The position numbers and the translations under genes are program-made. Below the pieces are notes generated by a model that did no database searches, was not told the origin of the DNA, and saw only the letters and a list, made by a program, of their open reading frames with translations. A DNA stretch of 63,550 nt, the filler included, from Choristocarpus tenellus KU-1152 (lineage: Eukaryota > Protista > Phaeophyceae): the NCBI GenBank assembly GCA_964200185.2. It is 11 parts of 11 records of this genome, joined end to end, with 100 filler letters (N's around TTAATTAATTAA, not from the genome) between each part and the next. Parts side by side here need not be neighbours in the genome. Positions count along the whole stretch, not along the records: positions 28,674 to 40,232 come from CAXNAD020002253.1; positions 40,333 to 48,186 come from CAXNAD020005489.1; positions 48,287 to 56,744 come from CAXNAD020004684.1; 8 more parts are not named here. One strand, 5' to 3'. Positions within the stretch are counted from its first letter, which is position 1. Each line of letters begins with the position of its first letter. Positions 35,878-49,318 of this stretch are shown one piece after another.

Positions 35878-38800
35878 ATGGCAACCCTGGCAGTGGGAGG
35901 AGACATCCTGAACACAGGGAAGCGGACTGTATCCGCATTTGGACCCTTCCAGGGTGCGGCCAGAACTGATTTTCCTAGAGACTTTGGTCTGCCCAGTGTT
36001 GAAAACGTGAGTCTTTGTCTTCGCTTCTGGTCAGTCCCATACATTGATGAAATCAACTACACATCAAACGTATCCCAGTGTTCCGTAGTAGTGTTAGCAT
36101 ATCGTCATGTGGAATCAACTCTCTTCCACTTCATCGATACTATCACTTATTTAGTTTTATATGCAGATGCCTCTATTCTTCTATTGAGACAAAGCGCATG
36201 TCATGTCTTTCGCACATATGGAGAGGTTGGACTTGGCTCTGACACAGTCAAGAACTCGGGAGGCGGAAGATGCGATTGTTCCATTGCCAATCTTGAATTG
36301 ATGATCGGACTTTTTAGGCTGTTCCTTCGCAAGTGCTTCAACAGAACTTTAAGCTTGGATGCAAAGAACACTCTCCTTTGATAACCCTCGAGTATTTTAT
36401 TTCGTTTGGTTTTCGTGCTGTACCCTATTAGCTTACGCACCATTTTGTATTTTTGCATTATCTGCCCCTCCCTCAGCCGGCGGCATTTTGTAGGGAAAAC
36501 CTGGCATGTGGGAACGGAAAGGACAACAAGCAGGATATCAAATTCGCCAAGGGTACAACCACCCTGGGATTTAAGGTGAGAGGGGAAGAGGAGGGTTTCT
36601 CCAAGAGGATCAGTAGAAATGTGCTCCATTGACCTGGGCCCGTCTCTCTTCTTGCAATGAACCAGTAACGATTTTTCGTTCAATAGGTGTCTGTTGCCTC
36701 CTCTCAAGGATGCCGTACTATGTAATTTCTCTGACTGTTTTCCATTTGTCTTTGACCTTTCCACCGTAAATTTGTATTCAAGAGGGGGCATGGGTTTGAT
36801 GGGCCACTATTCTGAGTTGAGTGCAGCTATGGAGCAATAATTTCAGTTCAGACTTTTATAATAAGTTAACTGTTTCCATGCATTATCCTGCCCAATCAAG
36901 ATATTCAAAGTCCTGAAAGTAGTATTGTTGTAGAAGTGTTAGTGATCCGACCCATCTCCTCCCTCCTCTCATCCTTCCCTTATGCTTTTTTTCGGTATTG
37001 TTAGTTCCAGGGAGGAATCCTCGTATCTGTGGACTCTCGGTCCACGAAGGGTTCTTTCATTGGTGAGACTGGAATTGTATACCATGACTGCTCAGGCCTA
37101 AGATTTGGAACACCAAGGTTCACCTGGAGGCTTGGACAGATGTTGATTGGAGCATTGACAATAATCGTATAGAAAAATATGTATGACAATACTGCGCACT
37201 TTCTGAAAGCACCTGTTTCGTAGAGATTGTGTGATGATTAGCCCTGTAAGAATTCCCACACAATGAGCTCACACTGTGCATGTGAGAATACAGGATTTAA
37301 TTTTGTACGCCTCGATCCAACCATTTCCAGGCAACTACTACTTACAATCCTGATGATGAAGTCTGCCGAACATTTCTTGTCCTACTACAGTTCTTGTTTT
37401 TATTTATCAAATAACTAGCTCTACCACTGGTTTCTTTTTCCCTTTGAACTAGCCTCCGGTGGGCTTTCTGATGTATGGGGGGTGCCACAGTGGTTTTCTT
37501 GTTCCTGAATTTTGAGTGTTTCCTCCATGGACATAAATTATTACCTGCTTAGATTCACCTCACAGCTGAGGAGACATAAGTGGTCTAAATGCAGCCAGGG
37601 TTGATATATGTATTTATATATTTTCGCATCTCCACTTCAATGTGGGGATGTTACAACCCAACCATTAAATCCACTCTAGCTGGTGGGACCATTCACCTAT
37701 GTTAACCGCTTCCTCTTCCCCCCCTCCCCCTACCTCGGATTCTTCTTGGCAACAACCTGTGTCTAATAGCTTCGGGTTCTGTGAAGAAGGTTATCGAGAT
37801 CAATTCCTTTCTGTTGGGAACAATGGCGGGAGGTGCAGCTGACTGCTCATTCTGGGAGCGGAACCTCGGCATTCAGGTGATAATTGGTGCCAAAACAGAG
37901 AAAAGAGAAAAGGAGGACCGAGAAAGAGGTTAAGGAGAAGTTATTGCTATTGGTTGTGCATTTGGACTGTTTTCTGGATGCTAAAAAACTTGAGTTGTTA
38001 CTGTTTCATAGCATGAATAAAATGTTAAATGTTTTGTGATGTAAGGAAGTATCATGTCTTCCTCATTGGTGAGGCCTGTCGTGAAGTGTCAATATCTCAA
38101 GGTTTGGTGCATTGTTGTCAGCACCATGCGTTTCTTTTAAATGTCAGTGGAAAGAATATGTGACTATATCATAATTTGACTTTACAGATTTGATGTACTC
38201 TTCTGAATTGAATCATGCTTACAGCACATGAGGTAAGGTGACTGTAAGGAACGAGAGTCCTGTGGAATAGTTTAGTATGAATCATGGAGTGCATATACAG
38301 GTGGTGAAATGTAAATAAGTCTAATCACAAGGGCTTGATTCCTATCTTGATTATTCTTTGGTTAAACAAACCTGCCCTATTGACTTGCCACATTTTGCAA
38401 CGTTGGGCTCTTTCTATTAAGTGATAGATGTTTTTACATTGCCAAGACCCCTTGTAAGTGATGAGCCAAAAGTGCAGACGAGTATCTCTTCACTTATGTT
38501 ATACTGGTGACCTTCAGAGGGAGTGACACCGTAGAAGGTATTGGTATATAAGGTAGAAAATTTCTGCAGTTGTATGGCTTCATTTTTTTTAATAATAGTC
38601 TTTCATCTCCCTCTCCCAGTGTACACCAATCCCACTGTGAAATAATTGATGCAATATTTTTGTTGGTTGTACAGGAAGTTGTAGTTTACTCAACCCCATT
38701 ATTAACTATATGTCAAGAGCTAGCCATATCTCTGTCTGGATACAGATCTGTCTTAAAGAAAGAGGCGTGTAAGAAGGTGACACTAGAGAGAAGATACTCA

Positions 38801-39228
38801 ACAATCTGTTCCGTGGGCAGACTTGATTTTGTGGGAAAAAAAAAATACCGCACATTGTTTATGAAATATGTCCACAGATGAGTTGCCCCTCCACAAATTT
38901 GAATTACATTCATTTTATGTGTTTGGTTAGACACCCTTTGTCTCTAACTGGCAGTCCCTGCCAACATCACACCTATTGCGTGAGGACTGCAGTGCCGCAT
39001 GTATGAGTTGCGCAACAAGGAGCGCATCTCTGTAGCGGCAGCATCAAAGCTGTTGGCTAACACTATGTCCCAGTACCGGGGATACGGCCTGAGCATGGGG
39101 ACTATGCTGGCGGGTTGGGACAAAACTGGGCCTCAGTTGTACTATGTGGATGACGACGGGACACGCCTCCATGGAAATATGTTTTCGGCGGGGTCGGGGT
39201 CGACCTATGCATACGGTGTCCTAGACAA
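35878..39228 (+). CDS. PSMB5: 20S proteasome subunit beta5; exons 35878-36006, 36477-36575, 37005-37062, 37770-37876, 38993-39228; 3' partial
   Basis: Propeptide then KG|[85 protein letters not shown]. Confidence 0.96.
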
Positions 39229-40332
39229 GTGAGAGATCATGTCGTGGGGTACTCATAGAGTCCAGTTGAGAGTTGAGGGGTGTGTAAGCGTTGTGGTTGT
39301 TCCTCAAGTGGGAATACTACAGTTGTTAGGAGTTGTGATGATGCAGACCAAAGATGAAGGGTGTGGATGAGTTTTTTTTATTGTTGAGGAGGTGTGTCCT
39401 TCGAAGTGTACGGTGTGTACGTGATTTGTTTGAATTTGATACTTGCTTATTTTTAAAAATTCTCCTTAGTTTCCTAGTCTCTGGGTATGGTCTTGAGGGA
39501 AGAGAGAGGGTTTCACTATACGCTGTATTGAAGGCGTTGACATTGCTGCAGACTGACTGGCACCTGTTGAGTCTTTTCTTTGGGGCTGCTTATTTTTATT
39601 GCTGTACAGGTTATAAGGGAAGGTTGTGTTGATAGTATATTCATTCTTGGGTAAACAAGACTCCGAGGGCATAACCATAGTAAGTTTTGACTATTCCTGC
39701 CAGAGTTGTGGCATTTTGAAGTGTCCACTCTAGTTTTTGCCCAACACATTTGCACTGATCTCATGACACCCATTTGAAAATGCTGTGTCAAAACGCTTCT
39801 TTTGGTGAGGTAATTTAAAACACTGACATCAAAAGATCTTGAAAGTTGATTTTCATGTGGAAAAGGCAAGCAAAATTGTTCTTTAAATTGCAGAGACAGT
39901 TTGAGAATCACTCAGGGTAAGATCTAATCTCTTAAATGGGTCTCTTTCTGGTGGTTTAAAAAATTAATTATTTTATCCAATACAACCCTTTTCTGCATGG
40001 GCCCATCACAGTCAATGAGCAACAGTGAAAGTGATTGGGAAATTGTAAGAGACAATGGGGAAAATGATCAGTATCATGGTTCACCTGTTTTTTTATTCCT
40101 ATCTTGCCTCCCCCACTCTGCAAACCTTCTCTCTCACGCACCATTTTGACCCCCCCCCCCCCCCCCCCCCCCCGCTGTTTCTTTTTTTTTTTTACTCCCC
40201 AGGAAGGATAAATATCTTTCCTTTTTTTTTTTNNNNNNNNNNNNNNNNNNNNNNNNNNNNNNNNNNNNNNNNNNNNTTAATTAATTAANNNNNNNNNNNN
40301 NNNNNNNNNNNNNNNNNNNNNNNNNNNNNNNN

Positions 40333-40392
40333 GCAACATTGGATTTTGGCCCACAAATGGACGCGGCTCTACCCTCTAAGATACTTTGGCTC
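40333..40392. mobile_element. MITE family A terminus at contig start
   Basis: CAAATGGACGCGGCTCTACCCTCTAAGATACTTTGGCTC. Confidence 0.8.
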
Positions 40393-40940
40393 AACCTTCA
40401 TAAATTTGTTGCAAAAAGGTTGTCACACTTAGGTGGACAACATTACAATATCATTGGACAAAGACAAAAGGTCAGTGTGCATGCCTATCGTGTTCTTGTT
40501 TTTAAGAGACGCGATAATCATAATATTTACTACTACTATCCTCACAATAGTAGTAGTAATATCCCCTCCAAAAAGCAAAAAAAAATCCTGAAACAAAATC
40601 TCTAGTGTTAGGGTTACACACACACCAAGAACTAAAAGAAAAAATCTGGAACCCCCCCGCAGAAATAGAATTCCCATTAATATTTTTCTCACTTTTCAAT
40701 TTTTTTCTCAAAAATCAAACGGAATAGAAGAGCACAGGCAGAATCGGAACAGTCTCTCAGCTTCTCACCATAACACCACGCACGCCTCCTCAAGGAAACA
40801 AAACCTCACTTCAGAAGAGAGAGTGGTGTCGAATCCCAGTGATACCTCCTGTCGCTGCGTCCCCTGTCTCCTCGTCATTGCAGTCGGGGGGGGGCGGCCC
40901 TCTCTCCATGCGACCCTCATTGCATTCCTCTAATACCTTC

Positions 40941-41290
40941 ACAGTCCCATCCCTGTGTGCACCTATTCTGCTTTCCGCCCGACTTTCACCATCCTGCGAA
41001 AACAAAACTTGTCTGCCCATTCCAGAAGCAGAGTCGTGTCCTCCATGTATGTTTATTCCTCGCCCTTGCCTATCTCGTGTACCATCGTTGCCTTCCTCTA
41101 CCACCTCCACAGCCCCATCCCCGTGCGCGCCTATTATGCTTTCCGTCCGAATTTCGCCATCCCGCGAAACTGAAACTTGTTCACCTATTCCCAAAGCAGA
41201 GTTGTGTACTCCATGTATGTTCGCTCCTCACCCTTGCCTATCTCGTGTACCATCATTGCCCTCCTCCATCACCTCCACAGCCCCACCCGT
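40941..41290. repeat. Imperfect 168-bp tandem repeat (2 units plus flanking partial) inside a disrupted minus-strand ORF
   Basis: Units start at 40941, 41109 and 41277; 56-codon period; CGA in one unit is TGA in the other. Confidence 0.85.
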
Positions 41291-42599
41291 ACCATTATAT
41301 CCACATTCCACTCCTCAACCGACCTCACACCCCAACCATTGTTACCCAACAATATATACATTAATTTCCATATTTGACAGCGATTCTCACCCCTCCAGGT
41401 ATATTATGCCAACAAATTTAGTGTACTATATATTAATTAAAAAATTGGCTATTACGCCCTCTTGACATTTCCCACCTTTGTCAGGGAAAAAACCTATGAA
41501 AAGTCAATCCAATATCATATATTTAATATCCTCGAACATTTTGAAATATATAAAGGAAAAAGCCAAACCAATATCACAACCACCCTTGTAAAAGTAACCA
41601 TTGTCGTAAATTTGAAAGAATCTCTCTAATATCTAACACTATACTACAACACTTTTATAAAGGTTGGTAATTACAATGTTTTATGTACATTGCTCCTATG
41701 CATCTGCACTAGCTTAGCCAACCATACACAAGTGGATGAGGAACTAGGGAAACATCCCAAGAATCTGACAGGCCACTCGTTGCCCATAACAATTTTGATT
41801 TTTTTAATGAATCTCCAAAATGTTCCAGGGCAAAATAATATATGTACTGATAATGTATATAAAATTGATGGCCACAACCATTGTAATAGACAACTTCATC
41901 CCAAGGTATATATTTTAAGTGCCCTTCCATTACATAAGGTACACCTCCAAGTCTGTTTCGTTGTATGAGACCAAAATCAGTCAGGAAGTAAAGTGGAACT
42001 TCCAAGACCAACTCATTCAATTCCCTTGTCACTCCTTTCCTGAGTGACCTTATGCTTCCTTACCCTTCTGTTTTATCTCTCTTCCTTCTACTCCCTCCTT
42101 TGATCTTCACTTTCCCCTTCTGTCTGAAGGACTTGTCTGCCGGTTTCCACCTGATTCACAGTGGCGATGACCACGTAGCAGTTCTGAAGTAGTAGAGTAC
42201 TTCAATAGTACTATGGAGAAACTCTTTGCACATTGCTCATACTTGAAGCACAGCACACCTGCCCTGCGTATGTATGCAACATCATTCCGATTGGAAAGTA
42301 GTTCGATCCAGGAAATAGAACACCACTTTCCACACCACTGAGTGAACCGTTTCCATGTCTTTATGGCAGAAAAGTTCAAGGAAAGAGAGTCTGCCAAACG
42401 CCTTTCACCAGCATTTCATTGCCATGATCCTCATTCCTTCAATGATGTTCTCCTCCTGGAGAAGGATGGGAACATACATCTCCACATATCATCAGAAATG
42501 TTCGTCGATACAGATTCCTGGGTCATGGACCAGCTGCAGGCTCTGTGCAACAATTGATAACACTGGATCTTTTGAACCCAGAGTTGGTCCTTGACTTCC

Positions 42600-44440
42600 T
42601 CAGTGACATTTCCTACAAATTGACTTTTTTGTTATCATTCTGTTCTGTGAGAGGGAGCAAAATATGAATTTCTCATGTGTAGTGTACTTCATTACGGTGA
42701 GAACCTTGTTGAAATGAGGCCCAGTCTTGTGCCATGTTGTGCGCATGCACATGCTTTATTGGTTTCGTAAGACTGAAAAAGAGCAGTATGTTGTTGCATT
42801 TGCCCCAGTATGTTGTGTGACGGATACATCAGGAGGGATTTTATGTCCAAATGGAGAGGAGGTTCAGATTGGAACTGAACAGATATGTATAGTTTTGTAT
42901 TCAATTTCTGTTCAAACACTTGATTAGTGAACGTTATTGGGATCATATTTGAGGAAGACTCTCTTCCAGATGCCAAACAGTCAATAAATCATTGTCTTCC
43001 TATTCCAAAAATGAACTCCATCCTATAAGAATCATCAAAATTATCATATTTTGAAATGATCGTGTTGAGGGGCAAAGGACCTGCTCTTGTTATCTAAGAA
43101 GTCTCTTCTTCTATAAAGTCATTGTTTACTCCTTACTGAAAATGTTAAGAAAAATTCAAAACGTTTTTGAAAAAGCTTGTTCACTATTATCTTGTTCAGC
43201 ATTTTCACCCCCTCAGACCTCCCCATGAACATAATCAATAAACACACCATCACAGGTGTCAAGGTTCTAGATAGGGCAGGATTCTAAATTGTAAATATGG
43301 ATATGTGGATGCCATGTTAGACCTAATGAGGCCTTTTGGTGATGTGTTTACCAATCATTTTTTAACTATTCCAAAATTCAGAAAGGAATTCGTTGACATC
43401 TATCATATAGAGTAAACAATGAGTTAGTCGACAATTTGTTTTTTGAGAACTGGTACAGGTCTTTTTTTTTTTAACAATGATCTTTTTTGTATATTTGACA
43501 TCGTGTTCATTCATAGCGTTGAGTTTATTTTGTAATAGTAACACAATATTTTTGTTGACCACTTACCACCAAGAACTTTCATAACACGAACCCAACAATT
43601 GAAAATTTGCCAGGAGTCTTTCCAAGGAATATTAGTCTTAAGTCATACACATCTGTCCAAATCTAGACCAAGTAGCCTTTCTGATTCCAGCATCAAATCT
43701 CTTCTGAACTGCTGGTCACCACAATACAGTGAGGAACCATTTGATAGGCAGGAATGGGATGTGTCTGATTAGAACTAATGAGGCACTGTGGTGGTACGTT
43801 TGTTAATTATGTCCATGAATAACTCTGAGGTAATAAATATTGAACTAGAATAGTGACCAACCATTTTTGAAACATTTCGAAATTCCCGAAAATTTAATAT
43901 ACAACAACCAATGAATTTAGGATTAGAATTATGGTTAGGGTTTAGTGGACAAAGAATTATTAAGAATCGGAGCATTTTTTTCTTTGCTTAACGTCATCTT
44001 TTTGGAAAGATGGTAATTGCGATTACTTTTATGGTATGGAGTTAATTTTTGGAATAGGAAGACAATGATTTGTTGACCGTTTGGCATCCAGAAGATAATT
44101 TTCCTAAATATCCCCACAAATGTTCACTGGTCAATTGTTCAAACAGATCATGAATCAACAATCATGTCTATTCAGTTCCAATCTTGCCCTCCTCTCCATT
44201 TGGACATAAAATCCCTCCTGATACACCACTCATTGCAACAATAGAGTAGAACAGGTACACTCCTCTATTACATCCTTACAATGCCAACAGAATGCATGCA
44301 TGCGCACGACACGGCGTTAGACTGGGCTTTATTTCAACAAGGTTATCAGTACTGAAGATGTACACTTGCATGAAAATTTTCATATTTTGTTCCCTTTCAC
44401 AGTGCAAAATGGAAAAAAAAACTACGAAATGTCACTCTGC
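42600..44440. repeat. Old, diverged inverted duplication (arms ~42600-43260 and ~43780-44440)
   Basis: Shared blocks such as AACCTTGTTGAAAT, ATCAGGAGGGATTTTATGTCCAAATGGAGAGGAGG and AATCATTGTCTTCCTATTCCAAAAAT occur collinearly on opposite strands. Confidence 0.8.
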
Positions 44441-45335
44441 CGATTAACGAGTCACTGTGAATTCACAACATATTCATGTGGTTGATGTCCAAATACAACA
44501 CAGCCTTACAAAAAATGAACAACCACACACATCACTGTTCATAACAAACACCCTACACCACTTGACATTAATGCATGCTATAGCCACTCATTATCCACCA
44601 GGAATTGTCTGCCTGCTCCTGCTGCCCAGATGCGTGTTCTCACTACACCGCCCCCTGGCACCACCCCCACTGTGCTCACAGACAGGGTGGCAGGAGAGAG
44701 CGGAGTCCCAAAGCCACCTCTCGAGTGGTAGGACGTGGGGATAAATATCCGTTGGTTCTGCGCCTAACAACAAATCTGCCCAGTGCACAATAACTTTTTA
44801 GTGTCCCGTCAGCATCATCGTAGATATCCTCTCCAGGTCCACAGGCTTCCTTCGTCTATCTGCAGGTGATCTGTTTATCAACCTCATCAATGTGGAATTA
44901 CGAGACACATTCGAGACAAAGCATCTGCCAACCATACACCTTTTTTAATATCTTCTTAGGAGACTGAGTCTTACGATCAATATGAAACCTTCGTAGATAT
45001 AAAACCAAAATGAAACTATGGACACTTCACGGCTTTGAGGGCACAGAACTCCAAGTAACTCAACACAAATGACCACACAAGTAAAGGGAATACATGTCCC
45101 GAGGCTTCTTGACAAGACGAATTTCAGCGGATGGTGACCCTCTGCTCCTCTTCCGCTGACCTTCATCAAACCAGTACATCAACCTCGCCTTCAACTGCCG
45201 TCACGCTCAGTGCCATCAGCCAAGCCTCGTAAAGGTAGGGTGGTAACGAGATTCAAATAGCAAGGAACTATCTTTTTAAGGAATTACTGTATAATACAAG
45301 TATCACTTAGATTCTGGTCGTTGGTGAAGTCCGCG

Positions 45336-47166
45336 ATGGGCGAGCTTTCAGTAAACCATGGTGAGCGAAGCGCAAAATGTAGTGTAAACATATACATACC
45401 TTTTACCCCTCCCGATTTCTCTTTAGTTTTTGTAATGACCTTTCATACGTCATAGGTGCTTGATACGTAATTAACAAACTTGACAACCTTATTCCAGAAA
45501 CCGTAGATTTGACGTCAGATAGAGGAGTCTCCAATGCGGGGAAGATGGCACCGTCCACAACCTCGGCAAACAAAACTCCTTCTGGCAAAGGAAAGGATGC
45601 TAATAAAATGTCGGGGAGGGATGTCTTGGTACGTTCCAAGTCTGGAGGTCCTGGACTCCCTCATGCAAACCGTAGTCATGCGCGTGAGCATTTCCACAAA
45701 CACAAACCCCATACAAAAGGGTCTGGTAGCGCAAATAACTTGCAAGTGCACGCCAAACATCATCGTAAGGATGGTAAGGGAGAAGTTACCCACAAGACGC
45801 CAGGGGAAGCGAAAACGTCGAAGTTAAGTCGCGAAGTCAAGGTTATCCCCGACAACCTTTATCATCTTGATCGAGCTGCAGGGACCCACGGCAAAGAGGG
45901 GACAAGGGATATATCCAGTGTAAGGGATCTAGAGTTGAGGTAAGATACACCAGCATGGTTGTTGTGATTGAATGCTGGGATCATTTTCCCACCGTCGATA
46001 GTGCTTGTTTTGACATTACCATCGAGGTACGTGCTTACATGTCAAATCGTGCAACTTACTTGTTGTCATTTTGTCAGTCTTTTTTTTCAGCAGATTCCTT
46101 GTGAAGCCGACCAAAAAAAGTAGCGAAGAAAATTATTAGAATGAGGTGGAAAATGCGAGCAATTCGAGTGCTTAAAGTGGGGCATGATACACAATACATG
46201 GTCAACGTATCGCTAATGTTGGCCTTCTCCTCTTCAACACTATGATTTTGATCAGCTGATGATATGCCGATACAGATACCGTGACCCCTCTCCCCTTCAT
46301 GCTTTATCTTGGCCTGTTTATATGCAGCCAAGCATTTTGTCACATATACGTTTCTCTTTTGAATAAACACACCATAGAACAATGCTATATAAAGACTAGG
46401 ACAACAATGATTGTGTTTCAACAGAGACTAACCTGTCACAAATTGAATTCGCTCATATGCACCTGTACAGTATTGTGGTCAGATGGCACGCACCACCCTC
46501 TGAAAATCCCCTCTACATTTCACATCTTTAATGTCGCGTAAAGAGTAATAGTTGAATTGTGTTGGGAGCAGTTCAAACATTCACCCCCTGTTGAAAACAG
46601 GCAGTATTACAAGAGAGAATCAGTTTTTCCCTCTTGCATTGGCTGAGGTCGCAGAGATTTGAGACAACCTGGAATGTCCGGGATAACACCAATCAAACGA
46701 CTCTGGAACACTCTGAAGTACCCAAAATATGCCATTGAATTTCTCCTGGATTGGACAGATTGTAGACAACAGAGTAGATCGCAATGTTGTTCTGCGGATT
46801 TGGCACAATCTCTTCTACAAATCCCCTGAATTCTGCATTAACATTCATCCATCCTACGGACTTGAAACAACATTCCTCTTTCCCAATGCAATGCTCATTT
46901 CACAAATTTCTCTTAATCACCAGCCCAGCAAAATATCTTCTGGATGAAGGAAAAACGAAGAAGAGGAGAAGGAGCGGTTGCCTAGGCAATCTGAGGCACT
47001 GGGTCTTTTCCTTTTTGACCGGTCCATCTCAGGAGGAAGATATAAAATTCGACTTTGAAGAGGACACACAAAAGAAGATTGAAGATCTCCATAGTGAGTT
47101 TGGAAGGATAGAATGGGGAAAGAATAAGGGCGCAAAGTCTACTAGTCAGATTAAGGGGCTTTCAGG
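45336..47166 (+). CDS. Unknown protein with basic, disordered N-terminus; exons ~45336-45360, 45497-45939, 46924-47166; 3' partial
   Basis: Three open exons joined in phase by GT-AG introns (MGELSVNHE-TVDLTSDRG...DLELS-PAKYLLDEGKTKKRRRSGCL...). Confidence 0.6.
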
Positions 47167-48126
47167 GTAAATATATTATCATATCGACTAAGTTAGTGTA
47201 TAGGTCACTCCTCCTTTGGTGTGTATATTTCAAGTGAACAAAGGAATTTCCATTTTGAAAGTATCCCCTCAGGAATAATCATACTCCATCGACCTTTTCC
47301 GTTTAATATGTTCTTATTTCTTAATCCTCATATTAGAAGAATGTGAAAATATAGTCCAGCTATATCCTCCTCCCTCGAAATTTTGACCCTGCTATTAAAA
47401 TGACAATATGGATCTCCCTGCATTGTAAAATATTGTAGTCGGGCAACAGCACCTGAAGAAGATCCACCAAGTATTCGCCAATTTGGACCTGGACGGCAAG
47501 GGTAGCGTTGACTGCTCAAAGCTCCTTGCCTATATGGATGTTTCAAAGTCACCTTTCACTGACAATGTCTTTGGTATGATAGGTGAGAAGGGACAGGGAG
47601 GAGCTGTCGAAGGTGAATCCATACCGTTGACACAGTGTCATATTTTTTTGTATTGGTGAAAATGTTGTCTCTCACTAGATGTCTACCACCCATCATATTC
47701 CTATGGATCTAGGAGTGAGCATGAAGCAACAAACTAGATATTTCACACTTCCAAGGAGAAAAATGTCTTGACTTAATCACTTTTTATTATTTCACTCTCA
47801 TCAACTTGAATGCCTGAAATCTCAGTCTACAGGATGAAACCATGATTGGAGTCAATATCTGATCTTTGTAGGGACAGGAATGCAGCAGGTAATAGATATA
47901 GTAGTCATCTAAGCTGAGGTAGCACCCATCAGCTCACTATTGCTAAATATATCACTCAAAGTAAAAATGACTGGGTACAAAGCACCGTGCTGGGACAGCA
48001 TATGGGGCCATCTTGATCATTGTATTCAAGATAAGGTATGGAGGACAGCAATATCTAAGGTCCAAATTCAAAATACTATATATCAGAAGAGATGATGCAC
48101 TCCGGTATGGTGCAGTGGATACCAAA

Positions 48127-48394
48127 GGCTCAAAGTATCTGGGAGGGGGTGGCGGCTGTCCATTTGGGGTCAATTTTTTCATGTTGNNNNNNNNNNNNNN
48201 NNNNNNNNNNNNNNNNNNNNNNNNNNNNNNTTAATTAATTAANNNNNNNNNNNNNNNNNNNNNNNNNNNNNNNNNNNNNNNNNNNNGTGATTTGGTTGTA
48301 GAAGTCGGATGGATACTGTAAATGCACTTTTCCTGATTTTCGTCCAAATGGACACCCTGGTGTAGAACACCCCCCCTCCCAGATATTTTGGTTC
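48127..48394. mobile_element. MITE family B halves on either side of a spacer (48127-48186, 48287-48394)
   Basis: Left part and right part of the 179-bp element in the same orientation; outer flanks AAA/AAA. Confidence 0.8.
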
Positions 48395-48722
48395 AAAACT
48401 GTTCCACACCAACAGACAACATAGGAGTCTTGTCTCTCAGTACTGCACAATAGAGTACATAGAGCATGTCAGATCTAGGGTTAGACTACTGCATTGTGCA
48501 GATACAACGATGCCCTAAGCAGCGGGATCCAGCTGCAACATGCAGGGTAATACTCCTGCTCGACCACACTATACATGCCATAAGTGTCGCATTGTAGCGG
48601 CTATCTTCATGGCATTTGCGGCATTGCTGATCCTTTTTGGTACCAGCGAAATGGAACGCATGTGCAAATTGTGCGTGAGCCCCACCAAGCGAAAGAATGC
48701 AAGTCCTCCAGCCAGTGACAAC

Positions 48723-48926
48723 ATGGCGTCAAAGCGCCATGATATCAAGAACAGGGGCAAGGGGAAGGTGCTGCCAAATAAGACCATGACGGGAACTGCA
48801 GTTGCTCAAAAGTTTAGAATCGGTCACAGCACCCTCTACAGATTGAAGAAGGTAAGGACCGTCATAGAGAAAGCACAGACGCTAAAGCCTGACACCAAGT
48901 CTAAGAGGGGCGCCAAACATACCGAG
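48723..48926 (+). mobile_element. pogo/Tigger (CENP-B N-terminal HTH) transposase relic
   Basis: TGTAVAQKFRIGHSTLYRLKK...KSKRGAKHTE matches the psq-type HTH plus linker; followed by a GT donor; no DDE domain seen. Confidence 0.6.
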
Positions 48927-49318
48927 GTGCGTCAGTGTGTGGATTGAAATTCTGAAAGTAGGTTGATTGTTATCGTGATTGTGAATTGTCTTTATGCACT
49001 GTCTGCTGATGAGGATTATGATTTTTTTTTTGAAATATTGCGCTCGTTTCTGTCGTACTTTAATGTCTCTATTGTGTAGTGTAGTATCACATGTGTCATT
49101 TTTTTTCGTGGAGGTAACTTCCCACACAAGGTGTCCCTACATATTAATGAGGATCTCTCTCATGCTCTTGACGTTATGCACCTCAAACCCCGTGGAAATC
49201 TGTCTCAGGCTTCCATCAACGCAGCAGGAGCGTGGATCGGCGTGAAAAACAACAATGAAGTGGCCAATGCGACACTAGAGGACATGAAAGACCATCTGCC
49301 CAAGAAATTCTTGTACCA

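Noticed and set aside
36201-36791. 196-aa minus ORF
   Set aside because: Antisense to PSMB5 exon 2 and introns; no domain.
45069-45234. Frame with in-frame TGA ending at a GT donor (possible readthrough/selenocysteine)
   Set aside because: An ATG at 45336 gives a simpler in-phase model; this is more likely 5' UTR.
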